Origin: Lepidodermella squamata
Lineage: Eukaryota > Animalia > Gastrotricha
Length of the DNA stretch: 64,000 nucleotides
Assembly: GCA_047495785.1 (NCBI GenBank)
Contig: JBLDXI010000009.1
Span: forward strand, 4,402,001-4,466,000
Direction: 5' to 3'
The position numbers and the translations under genes were made by a program. The stretch's first letter is position 1; each line of letters starts with the position of its first letter. Positions 48,431-61,988 of the stretch are shown in pieces. Under the pieces are notes generated by a model. It ran no database searches. It saw only the letters and a program-made list of their open reading frames with translations, and had not been told where the DNA came from.

Positions 48431-49794
48431 TCCTCAAATAACCAATCTATGAATATAAAGTAACAGGTAATAATCATAACAATCGTTCGGCTTCATCCAA
48501 ACGGCCTCATTTGCGCCGTTCAATGGAATGTGCGTGGTAATTACGCAATCGCTCTTATTCGTTACAGCGGGGTATCAAATGTAAATAGGTCTGGTATAGT
48601 ACGCAGAAACCCAATCAATATTTATTTTTTGCTACGCTAACGAAAATTTGCTTCATCTGCAGTTGTTGAGCAGGTATGAGTAGTTTCCATGCTTCGAAAA
48701 AGCTATCAACAGCCGTTCCGCTCGAGTGAGTGTGCCGGGCTTCTGGCAGCGATAAAGCAATACATTATTACTATTACACAAACCACGCCACCGTTATCTT
48801 TTGCACGATTCTTCTCGCGCTTCGATTTCTGCATACATAAAACGCGGTATTAATGTTGCGAACACCAGTAAGAGATATATAACCTGTTTGGCGCCTCGGG
48901 GCTTGGCCTCGAAAGCAATTACATTTTTTTGCGCGTTTGTTTATCGCTCAAAATATTATATATTTAGAGTACCTCATAGTGTGGATTTCGATGTCTGGCA
49001 TAAGTAAAAATAGATAAATATATCGCGTGTTTATTTTCCATTGTCGTTTTTTTGAGAGAGTGTGCCTTTTACGATAATAAAAAACGCCCTTGTTTCTGTT
49101 ATACATACCCCTTGGCGCTTATAGTCGCGCCATATTTTTTGGGATAACCTCATAAAATCGAATTTAGGTTATTGTTACACCGTGATGCTTTTATCTATAT
49201 GGCATTGATTTGTGAAGTACGCCATAAACCACGTTCGAAGAGCCTCCAGCACCGGAAACCGGGTAACCTGCTTTTGGATATGAACTGCTTTCGAGCATGT
49301 TCCGGACAATATTCTAATATTCCGTATTTCCAATAATGAGCATGATTTCATGCAAACAAATCTGAGTGAAAACAAGGAATTGCCAAATATAATAAAAAAG
49401 TTGCGGTCACCAGCTTCTCTAACTCAAACTACTGAGGCACCGGTGGGCGATTAATGGCGCTGTGGTCAAACAACTTACAGAACGATTCATTTATTACAGC
49501 TGGAGTGGGGCTGCTTTTCTCGAAAAAAACTTGTTGCGTGTTTATTTGATAATTTCATCTCCTCGTCAACTTTTCTCCACCGTGGCCGCGGCTGACTCGA
49601 GGCGATCCAGCTCAACTCGAGTACACACCTGTGCTATGCGTGCAAAACACACACGCTACACTTCAACTCATTTAACACAAAGAAATACTATAACGCAAAT
49701 GAATTCACGAAAAGATGCTTCGCAAGACTTGCTCAGATGATTCCGGAATCAATCATGGCCATTTTTTGTCTTTAGAATTCATTAAATCTCGAAA

Positions 49795-50397
49795 ATGTCT
49801 GACACAATTCCAATCACGATTACAGTGAATGTTTCGAAGCGGGACATTCTCCAGGTGGCGAAGAACAGGGCCGCTCTGGCTGACAAGGCTCTCCGAGATC
49901 GAGCAATTTCACAAACGGTAGCTTCCTTCCTTGTTTGCCAATCTTTCGCCTTGATTCATGTTGCGATCGGTGCATCAAAACTCGACCTGATCGAGGACGA
50001 ACAGCCAATTGCGACCCTTAGAACGCAAGACCAGGTCAACACCCGTTGGCGAGGTATCGAAGAATTGGTCCCAGGCTGCGTTGGTTCGGTATTGGCTTGC
50101 TTAGTCTTCATGCCGATTATCCGCTACATCCAGCGACCTGGTTCATCGACGAAAAGCCACAAAACGGCTTTGTTTGTTAGTTTCTGGATGAATTTCTTCT
50201 GGTGTGCTTGGTTTGCAATTCTTTGCGGCGTTTTCTCGCGTCAAAATTACGAGGATCCACCGCGCGTTGCCGACGAGCCGGGCATTGATGCCTTGAATCT
50301 TGTTCTTGCTATCATCAATTTTGTCTTCATGATTGTTAACGTACTGTCTTCGCTTTCGACGTTGCGAGCCAATAAGGCGGCTCATGGCGACGAATAA
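49795..50397 (+). CDS. Uncharacterised four-TM membrane protein, copy A (200 aa)
   Basis: Four hydrophobic segments; strong similarity to 51117-51779 (ALRDRAISQTVASF.VCQSFALIHVAIGA). Confidence 0.8.
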   Translation: MSDTIPITITVNVSKRDILQVAKNRAALADKALRDRAISQTVASFLVCQSFALIHVAIGASKLDLIEDEQPIATLRTQDQVNTRWRGIEELVPGCVGSVLACLVFMPIIRYIQRPGSSTKSHKTALFVSFWMNFFWCAWFAILCGVFSRQNYEDPPRVADEPGIDALNLVLAIINFVFMIVNVLSSLSTLRANKAAHGDE

Positions 50398-51116
50398 TTG
50401 TGCGAACTAATTGTGTATCAAAATTCATCATTCGATATTACACCGCTTTTTGGGTTTTTATATCAAATATCTCTGCTGATATGAATATGAAGCTTACTCG
50501 TTCGATTTTATTGTGAATTAAAGAAAACTGAAGCTTTACAATTCAGTGGTGTTTTATTTCTCTCAACGATGGACAAAGGCGTGAATCTTGATCTTTGACT
50601 TGGTTTGATTTGCCTTAGTGCTTATTGAATATCAGGAATGAATTGGGTACTCCAATTCCGGTGTAATCTAGGTAAGTAAGCTTGAACTCATTTCACTGCG
50701 CAGGAGAGCTGCTTTGGTCAACAATTTCATTATTATTTTCGACTTATTGTCGTAATAATAACAATTATAATGATAATAATAAGACAGTTTGCATTTCTAG
50801 AAACCACTTTTTATATCATCATGCTGTTTTGTGGCGAAAAGAAATTTCACACCGGCCGAGGCGATTCGCCGCGTCAACTCGAGTACACACCTGTCAGATG
50901 TACCTGAAGACGTTAAACACACGCCATGCTTTAACTCTTAACCAGTGTGTTGGAGAATGGAGAATTACACGAAATTTTCACTGGGCTGTAATAGCCATAT
51001 ATTGGTCTAGCGAGAGAGGGCATGCGGTCGTGTTGAAAGTAGAGGAATTCACCTTTTCTCAATTCAAAGTGATTAATTTGACCATGTTGTAATCCATTTA
51101 TAGACATTTATCAATC

Positions 51117-51779
51117 ATGACAAAGACAGTGCCAATCACTGTTGTTGTTAACGTACCGGCAGACGCGCTGCTTGAAGGCGCCAAGGACGAAAAAACCGCG
51201 GAAGTGGACGAGGCTCTTCGCGATCGAGCGATTTCACAAACAGTTGCGTCCTTCATCGTTTGTCAGTCATTTGCACTGATCCACGTCGCAATCGGAGCGC
51301 AGAAAGTTGATTTCGAACAAGAGCAAGAAGATGCATCTATTTTGAACTTCATGGAGCAGCCAACCTACAGCCCGAGACCGCCACGTACCTGGAATTACAC
51401 TTATGCCCGCGGTCTTGAGGAACTTATCCCCGGCTGTGCTGCATCACTTTTAGCTGCCGTAATCTTCCTGCCGCTCATTCGATTTATTCAACGGCCTGAT
51501 TCGACCCGCAAGGGCCACATTGCTGCCCTTGCTGTCAGTTTCTTTATGAACATGCTGTGGTGCGCGTGGTTCGCTATTCTAACAGGCATTTATTCGCGCC
51601 AAAATGAGCCCCCGAACCTTGTTGACGGAGAGAAGGGAGTTGACGCCCTCAACCTCATCCTGGCTATTATCAACTTCATTCTCATGTTTGTCAATGTTCT
51701 GTCATCATGCTCGACCATTCGCAAGAAGAAAGATACGGATGATGATTACGATGTCAAGACTGAGAGCGGGTCACTATAA
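51117..51779 (+). CDS. Uncharacterised four-TM membrane protein, copy B (220 aa)
   Basis: Tandem paralog of copy A; conserved protein despite many synonymous differences. Confidence 0.8.
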   Translation: MTKTVPITVVVNVPADALLEGAKDEKTAEVDEALRDRAISQTVASFIVCQSFALIHVAIGAQKVDFEQEQEDASILNFMEQPTYSPRPPRTWNYTYARGLEELIPGCAASLLAAVIFLPLIRFIQRPDSTRKGHIAALAVSFFMNMLWCAWFAILTGIYSRQNEPPNLVDGEKGVDALNLILAIINFILMFVNVLSSCSTIRKKKDTDDDYDVKTESGSL

Positions 51780-53217
51780 ATTGCCGCAATAAATAATCGT
51801 TGAACAAAAGCTTACAACTGATTGCAATTAATCGACGCACGTTTTATCAAAATTTTGACGTAATTTTGGACAACACTTGAATCGCCACGTTCTGCTTGAA
51901 ATATTCTCAGTACCGTTTAGTTTTTGATATTCTACCCAAAGCAGCAAGTCGGAAATAAACTCATACGATGCTTTTAATAATTTTTTATTTATTATGGCCT
52001 CAAGACAGATGTCATGTCAGAAGACAGTAGCAGATCCCTGAGTAGCGCCAGCTATAAATTTGATGTCCACAATCAAATACAGGAAAGTATTTGAGCTGAC
52101 AGCCGAGGTCGCGGCGAATCGGAAGAAAATCTGCCAATATATCTGGCATTTTCCTCGTTATAGGCTACAGCAAGTCGTTCAGAAGTCGTGAAAAAGAAAT
52201 GGAGATTCAAAAAGTGGGCGCTACTCAACGAAGCGTAGGTAATTGAGAAAAATTAGCGCCAAATCAGCCATTTCCTGCGATGTTTTATCAATGTATTATT
52301 TGATCAAAAACTAAATAAATATGCAATAATTTTAATACAATATGAAATCTTAACATTTTTATTTATTATCTGTAACCTTCAACTTTGCCTAATTTTTCAA
52401 ATCCCCGAGTTTTTCCAACGTTGAGTTGGCCTGGCTGATCGCCTATATGTTGGCTCGTACTAGTGCGTGGCTGATGTCTGCAAAGGAATTTCGTGGGCGG
52501 GTTGTGTTGGGCTTACGTCTTACGCCGGTTTTTATCTGTGCTTTATTATTGATTTTTCGAGTAGAAAACAGTTGACTCTTGATTCCCATCTTCACTGTTT
52601 TAGTCATGGTTTTCATTTACAGATTTTTTGAGGCCGTTTGCTGTTAGCTATCAACTCATATTTTGCGATCTACATTAAGCACGCCTTGATTAGCTTCTCT
52701 CGTAGTTGTTATGACTCTTGGAGTTACGACTGCTACTGTGTTACTTCGGGGAAGTTGCTCCAAGCTAAGCCTTATGCCGTTCTGCAGTTGTTACTTGTTA
52801 CTATTCGGGGCGCTAAAGGGATGCGCGCATATTACCCCAGCGTTCACCCTTGAAAGTTGAAAGTAGGCATCGGTAGCGCCCAATTCACAATTATACTGGG
52901 ATTTCATGCGATGGCGTCCGGATCCTGGCATGAATTATGACTTGCACGGAGTACAATCGCTTAGGCTAGGCACTCGAAGATGCATGATGCATGCGTTGAG
53001 TAAATCTGTCTATCTTGATCAGTGCCTCTATTTCTACATCTACTGAGTATGCATTGTTAATGTCACTGAGACTTGACACTTTCAGCTATCCTTCATGAAA
53101 TGTTCAATCATCTATGAAAGTTGAACATCGGACATTGCGAGATGGACTCCTCTAATTTATCCATTAAGTAACTATGCAAATATCAGCGTTCATTTTCTAT
53201 TTTCTTATTTATTATAG

Positions 53218-56200
53218 ATGATTATATGTATTCGTTTGTTGCTGTGTCATCTGATCGTCGTCTTAGTTACCGCTGAAGCATCGAATGAAAAATTTATTGC
53301 AATTAACCTCTCGGCGGACGAAGAAACAACGATTACTAAGCTGTCTCCAGTACCTAACGCAGGGTTTGGCTATTCATTAGCAATACACGCCGACAGTTCT
53401 GATGGAAAATGGTAAAAGATGCCAGATTTTTGGCTAATCTTCGTTGCTAATGTGAATTATTTCAATTGTAGGTTGATCGTGTCAGCTCCAATGTCGCGAC
53501 TAGACAATCTTGTGGAATTAAGTTATTCAGAAGAATATGGCCAGCCGAACCGGCCAGGGTCAGTGTTTCGGTGTCCCTTTTCTGGTCTACCTAAAGACTG
53601 CGTGTTACTCGAGTATGGTTTCGAAACGCAACAGGGAGTCGTTAGAGCCAATGCATCTCACATGTTACTCGGCCAAACTGTTGTTTCGTCGAGCGGCGGT
53701 TCCACCGGTTTCAGATCTCCAGCTGCTCCTAATGCTAGGCCACGCCACTCAGCGGCCTGCGCTCCGTTACTCAAACCATCCGCATCTTTAAATCACCCGA
53801 CGGGTTCTTGCGTTCTATGGGACTCAAATTTCAGAGCGAAAGTCTTAAAAACCCGCCTTAATACCGTTCAATACGCCGATTATCGCAACATGTTCGGGTT
53901 TTCGAGTGCGAGTTACGGTCACACAACCTCAGATGTTTTTGTTTTTGGAGTCCCTGGCCATTCCACTGTTTATTCTGGGTAATATTTTAGTAATAAATTG
54001 TGGCTTATGGTTGTAATTTTAATTTTATAGTGGCGATGATTATCGAGCGACTGATCAGGGTGGCATTGTGATTGAAGTAGTCGAGGCGAGGCGGACGATC
54101 GAACATCGAGTTTTAGGGTTTAACCCGACTCCGTTCGAAGCTTACGCCGGTTTTTCAGTCGCACTGTCTGATATTTACACGAACGACGCGCTCAATTTCA
54201 TCACAATCAGTAAGTAATTTTTGCGTAAATTATACGTGACTAACTGATAATTTTTCTAGTCGTTGGAGCACCTCGAGCTGGAAATCTCACCGGCCGTGTT
54301 TATTTCATCAATTTCGACATCTCAAAGCAGGAAGAAATGCGATTAGACGATCGGACAATTATTGGGAGTGACGAAGTACCAATGGGATCTCAATTCGGCT
54401 ACGCCCTACTACCCGTTGACTTCAACGGCGATGGATTCATCGACCTATTAGTCTCAGCTCCATTCGCTTTCGACCGCAATCAACTGCGAACATCGAATAA
54501 CTCGCCATTTTCAACCGGAGCCGTGCTGGCCTATTTAAATTTACCCGACCAAACCGGGCAAAGATCTCTTAATTTGTTAGATCCAGTCGTTTTAACACCA
54601 CCGACCTGTTCGGGTGAAAATCTACTATCAGCAGCGTGTTTTGCTAATTCGAAACGAGACGGGCTATTCGGGCTAAGTCTAGCCACCCCGGGCGATATCG
54701 ACGGCGATGGAATTTTCGACACGGCAATTGGCGCGCCGGGTGAAAATAACGGCCGGGGCGCGGTTTACATCTACCGAGGCTCGCCGTCCGGGCTAGTTTT
54801 CGCCGCTCGGTTAGAACCAGCTCAGCCGACGAAATTCTTCGGATTTTCACTCGCGGGCGGTAACATGGACATCGACGATAACGGCTATCCTGATCTAGCA
54901 GTCGGTTCTTTCAACTCGGATAAGGCCTGGATCTTGCGATCGCGGCCGGTTATTCGAATTCAAGCCACCTTAACAAACACAACAGGGCGTCGTTTCCTGC
55001 TGACGGACCAGACCTACCCGACTGAGTACAAAATCTGCCTAGAAATGTCTAGCCCCGCGCCGTTGTTGCTTCAAAACGCAGTTTCAGGAGCCACCTTAAA
55101 TTTTTCGATCATCCTAGACCTTGATTCGAGCCGTGGTGACGCGGGTAGGAGTCGTCGGTTGACTTTTCTCGACCAGTCTGTGACGATGAAACGAAGTATC
55201 CTGCTAAAAACCGCCCCGGCCAACCCCTGGACGTTGACGCATTGCATCGAGGGAATTCAGGTAGTAGCCGCTGCGTCGATTGTCAACCCCCTAGCGCCGG
55301 TTAACATCACGTTGAGATTCGCGTCTGAAATTAAAGTCAACCCTAAATCGGCCTTGCTGCTAAACGCGACTGATTTACAGGCCCTTGAGCCGTTGGTTCA
55401 TCCGGATAATTTAACCCACTCGTGGCTGGTGGAATTTGAGCGAGATTGCGGCGATGATTACAACTGCATTACAGATCTAGCTGTCCGGGCTGAGTTCAGT
55501 AAATCGATCGAAGAAGGGTTGATCAGCCAGGGCTCGAATAGCTACGAGTATGTTCGAGGCATTTCAACGGCTGAAAGTCTGACGTTGACAGTTCAAGTTT
55601 CAAACGCGGGTGAGCCGGCGTATGACGCCAAGTTATTCATCGCATTTTCGCACGGTCTCAGCTTCCGCTCGACCCCAAATTCCAACATCAAATGCGAACA
55701 GGTTGAAAATTCTGATCAAAATCAGAAGAAATCGGATTTGATGGTCGCCTGCCCGATTGGCAGTCCGTTTCCGTCGAAAGACTGGACTGGGTCGGTTGAT
55801 TTCATCTTCGAGGTGACGCGGTCGTTGAGCCAGAAGGAGCGATTTACGATTTTTGTCAATTCTTCGTCGAAAGAGCGCGATGTGAGTGATGACAAGGTGG
55901 TTGTTGAGTTGAACGTGTACACGCTGGCGCAGTTGACGCTCTCGGCCGCGTCGATGCCTGAGCAGTTGAACTACTCGGCGACGGCGTCGATTATCGGCGA
56001 GGCGGCTATGCAGTACCTGGACGAAGCTGGGCCGGCGCTCGAGCACGTTTTCGTCGTTGAAAATGCCGGACCGGCGGCGGTTCGCGGACTTGCGTTGCGA
56101 ATTGCGTGGCCTTCTCAGCAAGACTGCCCGAATACGGTAATTTTATTTTACGATTGGTGATCACAAATAATTGGCGTATTTCTACATTTTTTGTTTATTC

Positions 56201-58832
56201 TTAAATTGATCGAAAACTTGAAAAATTGGCTTAGAGCAAATAAATTCAATAAAATAGTAAAATAGTTGGAATATATCACATAATTTTTTGTAAAATTATG
56301 CGCTAAAGAATTCGAATAACATATCTTGAGCCAGTTAATAGGCAAAATCCGCCCAAGGTGTGAAAGGTTGTAAATTATCGTTCTCCCATCGGAAAAAGGG
56401 AAAATGGTTTCTGCTCTCAAATTTGGGCTTTTACCAACGAAACTTATATCGCCATCAATTATCGGTTTCGTTTTTCTTACTGCGGTACCAAATTTCATTT
56501 AATTTTAATCGGTTGTTCAACTGGTTAGGTTAGGGTTAGGGCTGGGTCTTAAAATTGAGGACTTGAAACTGATTGGAATAATTTGGTACGGAATTCACTA
56601 TGTGTTATTCTGAGTCCGAGTTCGATGATTCGTCATCATTATCGACGTCTTTACGACTTCCGGGCTGATAAGGCAGGGCCGCAACGGCTTCAGAGGGACG
56701 ACCACGCTTGCTTTGCCCTTCAAGTATTACCGAACGGTATTTCTTTGCGATTTTGTGGGTTTTCTTTTTCTTAGAAAAAGTCTGAGCGTGGCGAAATGTT
56801 CAGGTGTTGGGTGAATATTCGGAAAAGTTGGTACTATTTGCCGTTAAAATGGTTCACATGACTAAAGACTCATCTGAATTTAAGATTGTTTAAAGTGTTT
56901 AAAGTGGTATTAAAGTTCGTAGCAATTAGTTTCTCATAACTATAAAAATGCCCTGAGCGCGGCTCGAGTGTTCAAGAATTAAATTATTTGTGAAAATTCC
57001 AAGTTGATCAACCGGCGTTCGGATTTTTCACCTTTTCGCTATCCACCCAAAATATCCGCACATAATTCATGTCGAAATGGGGCTCGCATTGGTTTGTTGA
57101 TCACGTGAGAGCGCGGGCATTTTATCAATGGATGAACAATTTTTTTCGTTTTTAAAATGATCATAACAAAGCGGCAAATTACATCCACACGCACATAGCG
57201 TATACCTCGCCGCCGCAAGGGCAGCACAGCATCTCGAGGGTCTCGGTGACAGTTACGAAGTCTTCATTGCGATCGGCAATACTTCCATCGCCGGCTGTTT
57301 TACCGTCGGCCGTCTCCGAACTGTTATCAGTCGCCGTTGTCTGTCGGATGATCGGAATCCTCGTCCTCGGTACCGATTTATCTTTTTTAGACACTTGTTT
57401 CTCAGCTGGCCATCCGCTTGTAATAGATCAGAAATTTTGGCCAGCTTGAGACGGCCAATTTTCAGAGCAGGTGATATCCACTTGCGGACCTTGGGCATTA
57501 AGTTTCAAAAGCTTTCGGTTGATGTGTCCAAGGGCCGCGTGGTCAGTTTGCACACAGGAAAATCACAGGAAGATGCCATTCAACCTCAAATCCTGTAAAA
57601 TGTCATTTTTCAAAAATAAGAATTTTTCAAAAATCGCGGATAGCATTTTGGTCATCAATATTCTCTCTTGAATCCCATTCTACCGAAAATTTGAGGGAAG
57701 ATAACCCCAAACTGGATCTATCGACTGGCAAAAACCGCATTAAAAAATTCCTCATCGTTATGGAGTTATTCAAAAAGGCGAGGCAAAAAGTTTGCGCATA
57801 CTTAATCTGTTATTCCCATTCAAAAATACAGCTAAAAATCGATCGAAACCTTAGTCGAAGTCGCTGTTCGAACCGAAGAGCATCGTGTTCGATGAGGTAC
57901 AACTTTTCCAACTGTGTCTCACTAGCATTGCGAAAACACCTGAGTTTGTTTAGAGGAAAATTCGTGCAGTTTTCGGAATGATTTCATTCGAAATAATTTG
58001 TGTTCTTTCAATTACTCTGTAAAATTCGTAAAAAATGTTTCAATTTGCAAAAAATATGTTTGCTAGATTTTAGGGAAAATTGTAGAAATTGATTTTATTA
58101 TAATACGTTTTATTATATTTTTTTTAGCTGTGCGATCGACTTCTCTACCTCGCTGAAGACATCGTCGTATCCGGTGGCGGTGGCGGTTCGTGCGATGCGA
58201 GTCGCGACGTGAACCCAGCCAAACTGCAATCGCGCCCCGAAAACCTACTGAAAAAACCGAGCGCCCTCGCCTCGACCAGCCAAAATCAACGCCCGAAACG
58301 CTACGCAGCCCTTGAAACACCAGCCGGGTCAGAAATGAAGCAGAAATGCGCATCGAACCCGAAATTGAAGGAACTACAGAACAAAGTGAGATGCGAAACG
58401 TCACTGTGCCGCCTTAATCGACTGGAACCCGGCCAGAGGACTCGAATTACAGTTCGATATCGGATCTGGCAAGCGACCCTGGTCAAAAATTTCGACTCGG
58501 CCTCGCTTCTAGTGCTAGCCAGTACCGCTCGGCTGGAACACGCGGCGAATGTTCGACCGCATTCTGGCTCGAGTTTGGACACGAGTGCCAACACTGAGGT
58601 GTATACCATCCACTCAGCGGCTGCCGCTTCAGTCCTACCGCCGTGGCTGTTGGCCGTGCTATCCGTCGCTATTGGCCTGTTGATTGTACTGATTTTGGTT
58701 CTCATTCTTTGGTGTTGCGGATTTTTCAAGCGGAAAACACGCCCGCCGCCGCTTACGGCGAAAGTCGAGACGCAAAACGTGTATCCTTACGCGCCGGTTC
58801 CTCAGGACATTTTCGACTCGAGTCGGCTATAG
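53218..58832 (+). CDS. Integrin alpha chain (no I-domain seen); exons 53218-53411, 53472-53978, 54031-54209, 54260-56136, 58128-58832
   Basis: Signal peptide, FG-GAP repeats with Ca-binding DFNGDGFID, DIDGDGIFD and DIDDNGYPD, CGDD..C..DL genu, basic cleavage site RPKR, TM then GFFKR; all splice phases join in frame. Confidence 0.93.
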
Positions 58833-60318
58833 TTCAGAAATTTATGACCTCATGATAGGTTGTGGTCACCCTGCGAGCGTTTAAAGCAAAACGAAAAATA
58901 ACTTGAGGATGAAAGAAAAATCGGATTTTTTTCAATTTTCAGCAAAAATTAAAATTTTAGAAAATTTTAAAATTTCAACAAAAATTTGAAATTCTAGAAT
59001 ATTTAAAAAAATTCTGAATTTGAAAGGATTTTTCCGATTTTTTCATTCTCGAGCAAATATTTCGAAGTTCGTTATATATTAATATTTTGCTTACAATGTT
59101 GTTAATAGCCAATTTAGTCACGTGACCAGCCTGAAATTCACTATGCAAATATCAAAACAACCAACTAGTCTTTTTTAAATTGCAACCAATCAAAATTCAA
59201 TTTTTCCGTTCTCTTCTAATCACGTCTTCCTCAAATCTATTCATGCTTCTTATCAGTTCGATTTTAGTTCCGCTAAAACTGCTGCCTCACGTTTTTTTCG
59301 TAGAAACTCGACGCGTTTTTCTGCTATGTGTGCCTTTTTCTTGAACGTTATGTCAAAAGCAAAAAGCTCGGTTAACTTTTTTTCTGTTCTTCATTCATTA
59401 GCTTGAAAAAATCTTGATGTTAACAATAATCGTGTAGACATGAAAGCAAACTCGCGACATTCGCACTCTTGATAACAAAACATTGCGGTGGATTTTTCTT
59501 TCTGAATTTCTTCATTTCGACTAGTAGTGTAAATGAGAACCGTGTTTTGGTGCTAACCTCTCGATTTCTAGGATTTGTAAATTATTTGAGTTTTAGGCCT
59601 TGAAAATTATGATTATTCACGGAAGTTTTAAAGTTTGACTCGTGATTTCTTTCGACGAAAATTTACTCTCAATCACGCAAAAATTATATATATTATAACG
59701 CTCGATTTTTATCGATAACAACTATATGCTCTATTTATACCAGCTTTCAGTGTTGTGCTTTTTACAAATTTGAGATGAGAATTGAAATACTGTAGCATTT
59801 TCAGTGAAATTACGATTCGTCTTGTTGTGTCTTGTTCGTGGCGTTTTCTCTGCTCTCAGATGCCCAGCGATTTGATTTTTATTGTGAAAATTGTGAGAAT
59901 TATGCGATTTTTTATTGTTGTTGTTTTTTTTGCTCATAAACTTGGCGTTTTGCGTACTTTTTTACAAATGATGTTTTTGTCCCCTCGTAACTAGTCGCTG
60001 ATAATCAATCAATCAATGCATGTACAGCTGCTCAGCAATAACGAGTGAGAAAAAAATCGAGTTGTGTGTACCGTGAAATTTTCGCCCGGAAAAAATAACT
60101 CGAAATTATTGTGTTTTACTCCTCATATTATTATTATTACTATTATTATAAATTGCTTGCGCGCGATGTAAATTACTGTACCTAAAATCCTCAACGTGTT
60201 CGACCTTGTGAGAGCGTTTGTTATTTCTAATAATAATATAATTTACATTATATCACGTAATGTAAAACGCGAATTTTTCGAATAAAAATATTGAAATAAT
60301 TCGATGGTTTTTTTTGTC

Positions 60319-61752
60319 TCATGCCAGGACGCAGGTGATTGGTCGGCTGGACCAGTTGCCGCTCGACCGGCACGTGATTGTGTTTTCGCCGCTGTCAGCG
60401 CTCTTTTTGTAGCCGGGCTCGCAGGCGTGACGGATGAATTCGCCGATTTTGTAGTAGTAGGCGTTGTCTTTGAAAACGGGCGCTGATTGCGAGGAGATGA
60501 TGACGTGCTCGTGAACCGCAGGCCTCCGGCATGACTTTGGCTGCTCACCTGCAGGAAAATCAGAGAAAATTGAGTTTATTTTTTACTGGAAACCAGTAAA
60601 AAATCGAAGAGAAGTTATAACGAAAAAGTCTTTGTTCACAAGATCACATCAGAAATAGACGACGAGCCAAGGGCCCGAGGTGATATTCCAATTCAGGAGA
60701 GTGCTGAATCTAGTACAGTTCTACCGGATATCTTTTTCCGAATCCAAATTTACGGTATAAACAGAACTTAATTTGCTAAACTAGAAATTTGCGAAGAGTC
60801 ACTATTCGAATAATTTTAGGATTTCGAGATAAAGCTTGATTTCAGAATTGAACACTATACTTTACGCAGAATTTTACGCTTAATTAAATTGCTAATTATT
60901 TATAAGTATACTGGTCAATCGTGGGACCCTTGAAAGTTCTGAAAAGGGGTTCTAGGCCCATTAAAAATTCTTAATTTGGTTCCGTTAGGATCCGCTCGCC
61001 GTAAATTTAGTTCCGGTAAAAGGAGGACCCGAAGAAAAAATGCGGGGAAATCCAGGCGGTGCGAGCTGAATTTCAAATTATCAACCGAATGGAATATATT
61101 GGTTTCAATTTATCGTGTTCTTTGTTCGGGAAAGTTTCAAGAAATCTGTTTAACGCGTTGGGTAAATTCGTCTCAATCGAGCTTTTCTCGCTTGACCGGT
61201 TCAAGATTTTAGTGGTACTGGATGCTGGACTATTATTCGAACAATATGAATTTCTTATTAGAACCAACTGCGAGGTTAGGAAAATTCATTATGGAGCTAG
61301 CACAAGCCGTTCTTCAAAAAACAGTGTAAATAACACAGATGGCTTTAGGCGCATTCCGGGATTAATTCATAACGTTAAATCGGACAACAAACGTGGCAAC
61401 CGTTTCGAGTTTTAGATATATGTAAAATAAAGGGATTACGCAGTCTGCAATAGCCGACTGTCGGCACATCCCAGGAGCCAGTCCTGTCACAAATCGATTG
61501 CTCGGAACCAACTAGTTCGTAATCCGGCGGGCACTGAATCCGAAAAACAGTGCCTATCGGGTACGGTGGAATTCCTACGCTGGCAACTGGTGGTGGCAGG
61601 CATTCGCTTGGCGTGGGTAAAGTGGTCGCTTCTTGATAGCCATAATGCGGGAAGTCGTACTCATACCGGAAAAATCTGCCGAAAACCGCGTTGGCGTTGA
61701 AACATACCGAAGCAATCAGTGATACGATGCGTACATCGAAATATGACTTCAT
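60319..61752 (-). CDS. Secreted two-sushi (CCP) domain protein; exons 61752-61440, 60548-60319
   Basis: Signal peptide; CLPP...Y.IG....QC..DY.LVG....C..TGSW....C; phase-1 splice to a second CCP (CRRP...YKIG...HACEPGY......TCRSSGNWS.....C) in a frame missing from the ORF track. Confidence 0.8.
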
Positions 61753-61988
61753 TTTTACAACAATGCGCGAGTTTTTCCAAAAGTTCAATGCGACTTACCA
61801 GCCTTAATTTGCGTGTCTCATTGAATAGCTTTTATTTCTTTACTAAACTGTAGTTTATTCAAATATTTACTTCGGATGAATGCTGAATGCTGTTTTTCGT
61901 TTTTGAAACGCTATATGACTTTTGAAAAGTAAGTAAACCTAATCAAAGACTTAACAATTGCGGCTTTTCAGTCTTTTTAATTTCGTGA

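Noticed and set aside
57179-57394. ORF containing LCCPCGG as another family member
   Set aside because: Wrong Cys spacing, no RR-x-I or PRRLF, and it lies in a degenerate intronic insert.
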